From the NCBI GenBank assembly GCA_045863335.1, contig BTVY01000001.1:168671-232670 (forward strand): DNA of 64,000 nucleotides. The letters are read 5' to 3'. Position numbers and translations under genes: made by a program. Under the pieces are notes generated by a model, which did no database searches, was not told the origin of the DNA, and saw only the letters and a program-made list of their open reading frames with translations. How positions within the stretch are numbered: the first letter of the stretch is position 1; every line of letters starts with the position of its first letter. This DNA is from Candidatus Hydrogenedentota bacterium (lineage in GTDB: Bacteria; Hydrogenedentota; Hydrogenedentia; Hydrogenedentales; SLHB01). Of this stretch, positions 19,508 to 27,794 are shown piece after piece.

Positions 19508-20261
19508 GGCCAGCTACTGATTTCCCAGACAACCCTGCCTTTATCAGCCGCATGAGGAACTCCCGGTTCCCAGCGGGTCCGGTCAGCGGAGAGGGTATCA
19601 CAGGGCCCGGCGAGAAACCCAGTTCCCGCGCGGCCGATTCGAGATCGGCAAGCACCCGCTCGTGGACCTCCGGATCGCGAACGACGCCGCCCTTCCCCAC
19701 GCTTTCGCGTCCCGCTTCGAACTGCGGTTTAACAAGGACCACGCCCTCCGCGTGGGGCGAGGTCAGCTTCGCAATGGAGGGCAAGACAAGGCGGAGCGAA
19801 ATGAACGAGCAGTCCGCCACGAAGACGTCCGGCACGTCATCCAGGGCCTCGGAATCGAGGTGCCGTATATTGGTTCGTTCCAAGACGACCACGCGCGAAT
19901 CCTGACGCAACTTCCAAGCGAGCTGGCCATACCCGACGTCTACGGCGTAGACCTTCGCGGCGCCGTGCTGCAGAAGACAATCGGTGAAGCCGCCGGTCGA
20001 CGCGCCCACGTCGATGGCGACTTTCCCTTCCACTTCGAGCGCGAAGGCCTCGAACGCCGCTTCGAGTTTTTCGCCGCCGCGGCTTACAAAGCGAGGCTCT
20101 TCGCGAATCTCCAGCGCAGTGTCGGAGGGAACTCGCGCGCCGGGCTTGTCGAGTTTCTCGCCATCGGAAGAATAGACCATACCCGTGTGAATCATACCTT
20201 GTGCCCGGGACCGGGTCACGCCTGCCAACCGTTGGACGAGTACGTCTAGCCGTTCTTTCAT
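19500..20261 (-). CDS. tlyA: TlyA family rRNA 2'-O-methyltransferase
   Basis: S4-like N-terminus, VSRGGEKL, DVGASTGGFTDCLLQ, VKPQFEAG, GPAGNREF. Confidence 0.95.
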   Translation of the reverse strand: MKERLDVLVQRLAGVTRSRAQGMIHTGMVYSSDGEKLDKPGARVPSDTALEIREEPRFVSRGGEKLEAAFEAFALEVEGKVAIDVGASTGGFTDCLLQHGAAKVYAVDVGYGQLAWKLRQDSRVVVLERTNIRHLDSEALDDVPDVFVADCSFISLRLVLPSIAKLTSPHAEGVVLVKPQFEAGRESVGKGGVVRDPEVHERVLADLESAARELGFSPGPVIPSPLTGPAGNREFLMRLIKAGLSGKSVAGHA

Positions 20262-20324
20262 GTCAGTACACTATCAAGATTGCGCTCACAATGGCGACGT
20301 TATCCGCGACTTCACCGGGTCCCG

Positions 20325-21473
20325 TCAAGGCTGCTGTACCGGAGCCAATTGGGAGGCGCTCGGGGATGGTTTCGCCAAGAGCATTGCCCGATCTGCAGGC
20401 GGCTCGAGTGGCGCGTGAGAAAACCCGCCGGGGTCGGTTTGATACCAGTAATAGACGGTTGCGTAGTCGACCCAGCATCCGCCGCCGGCGATCGCCTTAT
20501 TCCAGGTATCCATCCATTCCTTGCTGGCAAACATATGACGTTCGTTACGCCAACTGATGCTCCAGCGCAGCGATTCTTGGAATCGGATGGGTTGATGATC
20601 GTGAAACCGGTATATGGAGAGCATACCCGGAGTCTCCGGTCTTACGAGAGGCATGCCCGCGCGCAACCCCGCGAAGGTATTCTGGAATCCCCAACTGAAG
20701 GTAAAGGAATCCTCACTGCCAAGGTAGTCGATTTGGCGTTCACGCCCGTCGATGTCGACCTCGTTATTGCCCTCCATCACCATCATGAATCCCTCGAATG
20801 CCGGTTCGCTGGTAACCACACTGAACTGGCGGCCGAGAATGTGCCCCGCGCCTTGCACTTCAAAGAAGGTCTGCTCGGTTTCCGGGGTCAACTGAAAGCA
20901 CTTCCGCGCGTATGTTGCGTGGAAGTACCCCAGCCGGTCGTCCCACTTTGGTAACGGCTCCCATTCCACGAACGTGTAGTTCGTCAGTTCCTGATTGGTA
21001 TCGTTTCGCAGGTACACTTGCGCCCGAGACTTGAATGGCATCGGGATATAGCAGTTGTAGCTCCACGGCGCGCATTCGATAAAGAGTGACGTGAAATACT
21101 CGCTCTGTCCGTTGCACCCATCCCCGAAGAAATCCGCCAGCGGACAATGCACCGCGGGCGCCTCAGCATCGTCAAACCAAATCTCCAGCACGACGCCACG
21201 GGCGGCGATCTCCTTGGGATCGTGACGCGTGACGTGAATCTGGTTGATAACGCCCGGCCCCGCCAGGTCGGCTACAAGCATGGACTTGCCCGCTTCGAGG
21301 GTTGGAAGTGCGTCATAGCGGTCGTATTTCCACCCGGCGTTTGCGAATCCCGTTTGAACACCTGGCTTGACCACAGCGACGCCGGAGATAGGCGGGGCTG
21401 ACGTTTGGCACGACGTGATCGCGCAGGCGACAAAGCAGACTGCTGCCGCCCCAATAGCGCAACGAACGCGCAT
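20325..21473 (-). CDS. DUF2961 / GH172-like glycoside hydrolase, predicted lipoprotein
   Basis: GPGVINQIH, PLADFFG, NCYIPMPF, GYFHA, EGNNE, GSEDSF, YRFH, YYWYQ; signal peptide with AITSC; AAGGAGG RBS. Confidence 0.8.
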   Translation of the reverse strand: MRVRCAIGAAAVCFVACAITSCQTSAPPISGVAVVKPGVQTGFANAGWKYDRYDALPTLEAGKSMLVADLAGPGVINQIHVTRHDPKEIAARGVVLEIWFDDAEAPAVHCPLADFFGDGCNGQSEYFTSLFIECAPWSYNCYIPMPFKSRAQVYLRNDTNQELTNYTFVEWEPLPKWDDRLGYFHATYARKCFQLTPETEQTFFEVQGAGHILGRQFSVVTSEPAFEGFMMVMEGNNEVDIDGRERQIDYLGSEDSFTFSWGFQNTFAGLRAGMPLVRPETPGMLSIYRFHDHQPIRFQESLRWSISWRNERHMFASKEWMDTWNKAIAGGGCWVDYATVYYWYQTDPGGFSHAPLEPPADRAMLLAKPSPSASQLAPVQQP

Positions 21474-21580
21474 GGATTGGTCCTCCTTCCTTGTCGTTTG
21501 CCCCCACAATTTCGTTCGACTGTGGAAGCGCAACACCGACCCGCAGATATGGCGCCAAGATCGAGAGGATGCTGAAGAAG

Positions 21581-22060
21581 TCAGATCCCCTTTCCCAACA
21601 AGACGACGGCCTGCGCGGATATGGCTTCGCCGCGGCCTTCGGGTCCGACATGCTCGTTCGTCTTGGCCTTCACGGATACCGCGTCCAGGGGTAAGCCGAG
21701 ACACGCTGCCAGGGACGCGCGAATCGCGTCGATATGAGGGTTGAGTTTGGGTTGCTGCGCGACGATGTTCGAATCGACGTTGACGATATGAAAACCGTGC
21801 TCGTTGATCATGCCGACGGCGTTGCGTAGCAGTACCATGCTGTCCGCATCCTTGTAACGGGGGTCGGTGTCGGGGAAATGCTGACCGATATTCCCGAGCG
21901 CGGCAGCGCCGAAGAGCGCGTCCGTAATGGCGTGGGCCAATACATCCGCGTCGGAATGGCCGGCGAGGCCTTTCTCGTAGGGCACTTGGACACCTCCAAG
22001 AATGAGCGGGCGCCCCGCTTCCAGACGGTGAAGATCGTAACCAATTCCAACACGAATCAC
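21581..22060 (-). CDS. ispF: 2-C-methyl-D-erythritol 2,4-cyclodiphosphate synthase
   Basis: [32 protein letters not shown]. Confidence 0.97.
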   Translation of the reverse strand: MIRVGIGYDLHRLEAGRPLILGGVQVPYEKGLAGHSDADVLAHAITDALFGAAALGNIGQHFPDTDPRYKDADSMVLLRNAVGMINEHGFHIVNVDSNIVAQQPKLNPHIDAIRASLAACLGLPLDAVSVKAKTNEHVGPEGRGEAISAQAVVLLGKGI

Positions 22061-22148
22061 GGGTTCATTCCTTCTTCCATACCACGAGGAACACGTTTTG
22101 TGAACGCCATAGCGGCACTGCTGATTCTGGTCGCTGCAGGCGCCCGCG

Positions 22149-22853
22149 TCAAGAGAGTCCCCCGGCGATTACGCGCTCGGCCAAAGCGAGATCCTCGCGA
22201 GTGGTCACCTTGAAATTCAGCGGCGATCCCTGCACCAGTTTGACGCGACCGCCGCTCCGTCGCACCAGCGTGGCGTCGTCCGTGCCGAGATGATCCTCTT
22301 CTCCGGCCTTCGCGTGCGCCTCCCGGATCACGGAAACGCGAAAAGTCTGCGGCGTTTGACAGGCCCATAAACGAGCCCGGTCCGGTGTATTCACGAGAAA
22401 CGCGTCGTCGTCTCCGACAAGGATTGTGTCGATGGACGGAATCGCGACGGTGGCCGCGCCGAACTCCCGTGCGGCCTCGATAGATGCGCGGATGGCCGAT
22501 TCCGGAACGAAAGGCCGGGCGGCGTCGTGGATGACGACGATCTCGGTATCGGGCCGCAACGCGTCAAGTCCGTTGCACACGGAAATCTGACGCTCAGACC
22601 CGCCATCGGCCCAGGTGAACCGATACTCCGAAAACGCCGCCGTCAGAGCCTGCTCCATCTCAGCCCGGCTCTCCGGCGGGCCGACGATGACCGCACCATC
22701 CGCAAGACCCAAGGCATCGAACCGCGAGAGGGTCCAAATGAGAAGGGGTTGGCCCGCCAGTTGGATCAACGCTTTCGGTCGGCCGGCCCCCAAGCGCTGC
22801 CCCATCCCGGCGGCGGGAATGAGAAGTTGGACGCGTTCCACTCCGGACCTCAA
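22149..22853 (-). CDS. ispD: 2-C-methyl-D-erythritol 4-phosphate cytidylyltransferase
   Basis: [38 protein letters not shown]. Confidence 0.95.
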   Translation of the reverse strand: MRSGVERVQLLIPAAGMGQRLGAGRPKALIQLAGQPLLIWTLSRFDALGLADGAVIVGPPESRAEMEQALTAAFSEYRFTWADGGSERQISVCNGLDALRPDTEIVVIHDAARPFVPESAIRASIEAAREFGAATVAIPSIDTILVGDDDAFLVNTPDRARLWACQTPQTFRVSVIREAHAKAGEEDHLGTDDATLVRRSGGRVKLVQGSPLNFKVTTREDLALAERVIAGGLS

Positions 22854-22854
22854 A

Positions 22855-23934
22855 TCAGGAGACGACGCGCTGGAGTTTGCCGAAAATCATGCGGCCCGCG
22901 GTCGTCTGCAACACGCTCGTTACAAGCGCCATGACTTCCTTGCCCACGAACTCCCGGCCGCCATCCACAACGACCATGGTGCCGTCGTCGAGATAACCAA
23001 CCCCCTGCTGGGCCTCCTTGCCTTCCTTCACGATCCGGACGTGCAACTGCTCATCGGGGAGAAGGGCGGGCTTCAGCGCGTTCGCCAAGTCGTTCAGGTT
23101 GAGCACCTCGATGCCGTCGATCTGGGCCACTTTGTTCAGGTTGAGGTCGTTTGTGAGGATCTTGGCCCGGAACTCCCTCGCAAGGTGAATCAGTTTGGCG
23201 TCGACTTGTTCGATGCCGGGCGGGTCGTCCTCGATCACTTCAACCGTGACCTTGCTGTCCGATTGTTGAAGCTGCTTGAGGATGTCCAGGCCGCGACGCC
23301 CGCGAACCCTCCGGAGTTCGTCGGCGGAGTCGGCAATGTTCTGGAGTTCCCGAAGGACGAAGCGCGGAATGATGAGGGTACCTTCCACGAAGCCGGTCTG
23401 GCAGACTTCCGCAATCCGGCCATCAATGATCACGCTCGTGTCGACGAGCTTCGGATTGCCGCGGGCAAACTCGCGCCGATGCACGGCCTGAATGAGCGTG
23501 CCCCAATGCGTGGCCCGCGAAAGGCCCAGCCAGATTCCCACATAGCCAAAGACGAGCACCAGCGATGTGGTGAGATAAATCTCGATGGTCCGATCGTAGA
23601 TGGGATACCAGATGAGGACGTATTTTGCGAGAAAGTAGCCCACCATCATGGCCAGAACAATAGCCACCAGGGCAGGGAACATCCGTTCGAACAGTTCCTG
23701 GGTGATGAAATACAGGACAAAGATGATCGCCCCGGCGATGGAGCCACCGGCGAGGCAGCCCAGGAAGGTCCACAAGGAAACGCTGTGGGGTAAGGGCGCT
23801 TCCTGCCCCGGCGGTATCCGGCTCAGTTGAAGCGTGATACTCTCGTTGTATTCATTGACGAGGTAATACGCCCAAAACCCGCCCATGGCGATACACGCTA
23901 GTACGAAGAGTCCGCGGACAATCTTGCTAGACAC
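22855..23934 (-). CDS. Membrane PIN/TRAM domain protein (YacL family)
   Basis: N-terminal TMs, DTSVIIDGRI, RGRRGLDIL, TNDLNLNKVA, GVGYLDDGTMVVV; usual position upstream of ispD. Confidence 0.93.
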   Translation of the reverse strand: MSSKIVRGLFVLACIAMGGFWAYYLVNEYNESITLQLSRIPPGQEAPLPHSVSLWTFLGCLAGGSIAGAIIFVLYFITQELFERMFPALVAIVLAMMVGYFLAKYVLIWYPIYDRTIEIYLTTSLVLVFGYVGIWLGLSRATHWGTLIQAVHRREFARGNPKLVDTSVIIDGRIAEVCQTGFVEGTLIIPRFVLRELQNIADSADELRRVRGRRGLDILKQLQQSDSKVTVEVIEDDPPGIEQVDAKLIHLAREFRAKILTNDLNLNKVAQIDGIEVLNLNDLANALKPALLPDEQLHVRIVKEGKEAQQGVGYLDDGTMVVVDGGREFVGKEVMALVTSVLQTTAGRMIFGKLQRVVS

Positions 23935-24017
23935 TTACTTCTCCCGTTCAGGTATGAATGCGAATAATGAATGATCGGCTGAATCAATACCGCTTATGAT
24001 ACACAATAATACATCGG

Positions 24018-24872
24018 TTAGCCATATTCCTCTGGCTGCGCCGGCGATCGGATTTCTCGGGGTCCGGAGTCGGTCACTATCCATCCAGAAGCGTCTTTTA
24101 TTGCCGCCCGCAGCAACTCGGGAAGTCGAGCCGCGGGAAGCGGGTCCGCGCCCGAGGAAGGATTGCGGTGCGAACCATCGGCGGCCTTGGGTCCAAGGAC
24201 GCATACCGCCAAGACCCGACAGCCCAAACGCTTGGCCTCTAACACGTGGGGAACAATCCCGGTACCACAGATGTCCCCCCCGTTCTGCCGAAGGGACTCG
24301 ATGGCGATTGTGTCCGGGCGCTGCGCCAGAGGACTGGCGACGAGCACTCCCACGCCGATCGGCACCTGGGCCGAATCGCTCGCCCGGAGCATCGATTCCC
24401 GCAGCGCGGGGTCATACGCGACAGACATATCAAGGAAGTATGCAACTTCACTGGGTTTGGCAGGGAGTAGGGGACTGTCCCCCAAGAGGTTAACATGGTC
24501 TTCGACGAGCACCAGTTCGCCCGCGTGCCGTTCCGGTTCGACGGGCGTAGCATGGGCAACCAGGAGGACCCAATCACAACCGCAATGGGCCGCGATACCT
24601 ACCGGGCAGGGACGCTGCCGGACCGGCAGATAGGGTGGCACCTCCACGATGACGAGAACCGGCACGGAGCCGACACGTCCGCACTGCAGCCGGCAAGGCA
24701 GGTTTGCTCCGTGAGGCTGTTCGACCTGCCACACAGGGGAGGGCGACTCCAGCAGGTCCTCCGGGGAAAGGGCACCTCGCTCAACGACCACGGTTACTGC
24801 AGGACGCTGCCCCAGGGAACTCACGACAAACGCCGCAGCGCGATCGAGGCTGGCGGGGTCGAGTGTGGTCAC
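24018..24872 (-). CDS. Purine nucleoside phosphorylase-fold protein, apparently degenerate
   Basis: Retains GELVLVEDHVNL, FLDMSVAYDPALR and VPHVLEAKRLG(C)RVLA, but lacks the GSGLG, GRxHxYE, GPxYET and GMST motifs. Confidence 0.65.
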   Translation of the reverse strand: MTTLDPASLDRAAAFVVSSLGQRPAVTVVVERGALSPEDLLESPSPVWQVEQPHGANLPCRLQCGRVGSVPVLVIVEVPPYLPVRQRPCPVGIAAHCGCDWVLLVAHATPVEPERHAGELVLVEDHVNLLGDSPLLPAKPSEVAYFLDMSVAYDPALRESMLRASDSAQVPIGVGVLVASPLAQRPDTIAIESLRQNGGDICGTGIVPHVLEAKRLGCRVLAVCVLGPKAADGSHRNPSSGADPLPAARLPELLRAAIKDASGWIVTDSGPREIRSPAQPEEYG

Positions 24873-25177
24873 GATATTCCCCCCGATTCCAACGCGGTCA
24901 GAAGCCCCATTACGGCCTCCCCATTCACGCCCGCGATCTCGACCGTCTTGTCGCGAGAACGGTCGCCGCTCAGGAGCCGGACCGCGGATTTGGGAACGTG
25001 GAGTTTCTTGGCAATGAGCGCACAGAGGGCGGCATTGGCGAGTCCGTCAGCGGGTGGAGCCGAAAGTCGAATCCGGAGCCGCTCATTCTGAACCCCGACG
25101 ATGCGATCCTCGGAAGCCCGTGGCTGTACGCGCACGTGAATGCGCACGCTATCCCGAGACTCGACAACGAACGACAT
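24869..25177 (-). CDS. yggU: DUF167 (YggU/UPF0235) protein
   Basis: VRVQPRAS, APPADGLAN, SGDRSRDK. Confidence 0.9.
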   Translation of the reverse strand: MSFVVESRDSVRIHVRVQPRASEDRIVGVQNERLRIRLSAPPADGLANAALCALIAKKLHVPKSAVRLLSGDRSRDKTVEIAGVNGEAVMGLLTALESGGIS

Positions 25178-25244
25178 GTTTCACCTCAAAAGGCGCGGAC
25201 ACCGCCGCAGCGATCATTCGCTGCATCCCGGCCACACGCGTGCG

Positions 25245-26204
25245 TCACACGACGTCCCGCCATACCCCCATTCGGCGAAACTTCTCTTGGCGGCGCGCGG
25301 CCGACCATTTACCTTCTCGAGCGGAAACCAGAAACTGATCAATCTCCTCAGCGAGAACCGACGCGGCACCGTCCGGGTTTCGGTGTGCACCTCCCCCGGG
25401 CTCCGCGAGTACCGCATCGATAACGCCGAATTCCTTGAGATCCTGAGCCGTAATCCGAAGAGCCGAAGCCGCGATATCCTTCTTCGCGGAATCCCGCCAA
25501 AGGATTTCCGCGCAACGCTCGGGGGCGCAGACCATATAGATCGCATGCTCGAACATGCAAACCCAGTCTCCGACAGCGATCCCGAGGGCACCACCACTTC
25601 CGCCCTCCCCGATAACGACAGAGAACACCGGAGTCTTAATCCCCATAAGGTACAGAAGGTTCCTCGCAATCGCGGGCCCTTGGCCGCGCTGCTCTGCATC
25701 GGGATGGGGATGCGCACCCTGGGTATCGACGATCGTGACCACAGGAATTTGGAGTCGCTCGGCCATCTCAAACAAACGCAACGCCTTACGATAGCCGGCG
25801 GGAAACGCCATACCATAGTTGCGCCGGATGCGTTCGTCTGTCGTCGTTCCTTTTTGATGCCCCGTGAGCACGACGGTCTGGCCCCGAAACCGGGCAATTC
25901 CGCCCACGGTTGCGGTGTCTTCCCCGGACACGCGGTCGCCGTGCAGTTCCACGAAATCTTCGAAAATGCGGCCGACGTAGTCCAGCATTTTCGGACGTTG
26001 CGCGTGGCGGGCAAGCTCGACGCGCTGCCAGGGCGTGAGCTGTGTAAACACTTTTTCACGCTCCACTTGCAACTCTCGCTCGATATCGTGGCGCTCTTCA
26101 TCGCTCTCAGCTTGCTCAAGCTTCGCCTCGAGTTCGACGATTCGCTTCTCGAAAGGAAGAACGTGCGCGACCGCTCCGCGACTGTTGTGATTCAGCTTAG
26201 CCAA
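25245..26204 (-). CDS. accA: Acetyl-CoA carboxylase carboxyltransferase subunit alpha
   Basis: LTPWQRVELARH, ELHGDR, GHQKG, GYRKALR, AEQRGQ, GEGGSGGALG. Confidence 0.95.
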   Translation of the reverse strand: MAKLNHNSRGAVAHVLPFEKRIVELEAKLEQAESDEERHDIERELQVEREKVFTQLTPWQRVELARHAQRPKMLDYVGRIFEDFVELHGDRVSGEDTATVGGIARFRGQTVVLTGHQKGTTTDERIRRNYGMAFPAGYRKALRLFEMAERLQIPVVTIVDTQGAHPHPDAEQRGQGPAIARNLLYLMGIKTPVFSVVIGEGGSGGALGIAVGDWVCMFEHAIYMVCAPERCAEILWRDSAKKDIAASALRITAQDLKEFGVIDAVLAEPGGGAHRNPDGAASVLAEEIDQFLVSAREGKWSAARRQEKFRRMGVWRDVV

Positions 26205-26341
26205 GGCGTGTGCCAGCTCCTCTTGGGTTGTCCGGGATCCCGAGCGGATCCACGTGGACCGGAAAGACAGGGCATACTATAGCAGATGGCGCTAACCGGA
26301 CGGTAGCCGGTTGCCTACCCTCACGCGAGTGCGCCGCGGGC

Positions 26342-26384
26342 AAAAAAAAACGCCTTGCGGCGAACGGTTCGCTCGCCTGAGGCG
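26342..26384 (-). terminator. Putative Rho-independent terminator of the small ORF
   Basis: Interrupted GC hairpin (cgcct...gcgaa-ccg-ttcgc...aggcg on the minus strand) followed by T9. Confidence 0.7.
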
Positions 26385-26407
26385 TAGTGCCCGGTGATGA
26401 ATATCAC

Positions 26408-26545
26408 CTATGCTTCTTCCAATACTTCGTCGTAATACTCGGCATAGCAGTCGAGATGCCAGTATTCGCCGTCCACGATCTGAACTTCACCGAACTGGAT
26501 GTCGGTTTCTTCGATCGCTTCGTTGCACAATGTGCAGCAATGCAT
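26408..26545 (-). CDS. 45-aa acidic Cys/His microprotein (not in the ORF track)
   Basis: MHCCTLCNEAIEETDIQFGEVQIVDGEYWHLDCYAEYYDEVLEEA; AAAGGAGGTGA RBS 8 nt before ATG; CxxC...HxxC. Confidence 0.85.
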   Translation of the reverse strand: MHCCTLCNEAIEETDIQFGEVQIVDGEYWHLDCYAEYYDEVLEEA

Positions 26546-26605
26546 GGCTGTATTCACCTCCTTTCAAAGGGCGCGCCGATTTGGGCACGCAGTTAAAATC
26601 GCCGA

Positions 26606-26634
26606 CTTTTACCACAACCAGCCGAAGAAGTCAA
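26606..26634 (-). promoter_or_regulatory. Candidate sigma70 promoter for the microprotein
   Basis: TTGACT-17 nt-TAAAAG with upstream TG (extended -10). Confidence 0.5.
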
Positions 26635-26828
26635 GCACAAAATTCGTTTCTTCTATTCTCGCTTTGGACACCCCATCTCCGAGTCAATTAAATACCAAGA
26701 AGAATGTCTAATAATACAATAAAATTGTGGCTTTTCTGCGGACATTAAGCTAGAATGCCACCAGTAAAACATCTCTCGCTCTATGAATAGTGCTTTTATC
26801 CACCAAGCATCGAAGGAGGCTCTTCCGT

Positions 26829-27767
26829 ATGATATGTCCACGTACTTTTTGCAAAAAACTGCAGAGCAACGCCGCGGCTCGTCCCCCACGACGCTCCCAC
26901 GCCGCAACGACATTACGGGGACTGAGCCTGCTTGGGTTGGTCGTCATGGTGACGGTTTCCGCCAAGCAATGCCCGTCCCTGCCGGAGAATTGCAGGAACT
27001 ACACTGCGATTGACGTGGGCGGTTACTCGCTTTACTACAAGGAACTGGGGACCGGGGGGCCCGCGGTTATCTTCCTTGCGGGCGAGGATGACAACATCAC
27101 CGTTTGGCGGAAAGTGCAGCCGGAGGTGGCTGATTTTACGACGACCATCGCGTACGACCGGGGCGGCGTAGGTTGCAGCGACGAGGGCGAGAACCCCCGG
27201 ACGGCCGACGTGGTCGCGGCGGAGCTGGAGGCCTTCCTGGACGCGCTCGGGCTGACCGACCCGGTCATCCTTTGCGGCCATTCGTTTGGCGGTCTGTTTG
27301 CCCGGTACTTTGCGAACCAGTACCCGGATCGCGTGGCCGGGCTCGTGCTCGTCGACGCAACGCACGAGTTGATTGAGAACGAAATGGCGCTCAACCTGAA
27401 ACCCCAGTCGCTGGAGAAGCAAGACCTGGAATACGGGATTTACTTCGGCATCACGGGGCGTCCGGGAGTCTGGGGTGAGTACTACAACCGCTACAACACG
27501 TATGACATGGTGGCGGCCAACCGCACGCTGCCCAACATCCCGCTGATTTATTTGAGCGCAGGTAAGTACGACCCGGGCCAGGTGCCTGCACAACAGGCTA
27601 ATGTGGCAGACATGATCAAGGAAGAGTTGGACGAGGATCAGGCGTCGCTCACGCCGCAGGGCCAGCTTACGGTCGTCTCCAATACCGGCCATGACATCCA
27701 AATCGAGCAGCCTCAAGCGGTCATCGACGCGATTCAGCAGGTATTCAATACGGTGACGAACCCCTGA
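26829..27767 (+). CDS. Exported alpha/beta hydrolase
   Basis: AAGGAGG RBS, N-terminal basic/hydrophobic leader, YDRGGVG, GHSFGG, LVLVDA, TGHDIQ. Confidence 0.85.
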   Translation: MICPRTFCKKLQSNAAARPPRRSHAATTLRGLSLLGLVVMVTVSAKQCPSLPENCRNYTAIDVGGYSLYYKELGTGGPAVIFLAGEDDNITVWRKVQPEVADFTTTIAYDRGGVGCSDEGENPRTADVVAAELEAFLDALGLTDPVILCGHSFGGLFARYFANQYPDRVAGLVLVDATHELIENEMALNLKPQSLEKQDLEYGIYFGITGRPGVWGEYYNRYNTYDMVAANRTLPNIPLIYLSAGKYDPGQVPAQQANVADMIKEELDEDQASLTPQGQLTVVSNTGHDIQIEQPQAVIDAIQQVFNTVTNP

Positions 27768-27794
27768 ACGACATTGGAATCGTTGCCGGACGGA

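Noticed and set aside
26829-27767. Hydrolase as the in-trans decarboxylating TE completing an olefin synthase
   Set aside because: It has an export-type leader and lies on the opposite strand, and the PKS instead carries a docking tail matched to the NRPS. Not fully excluded.
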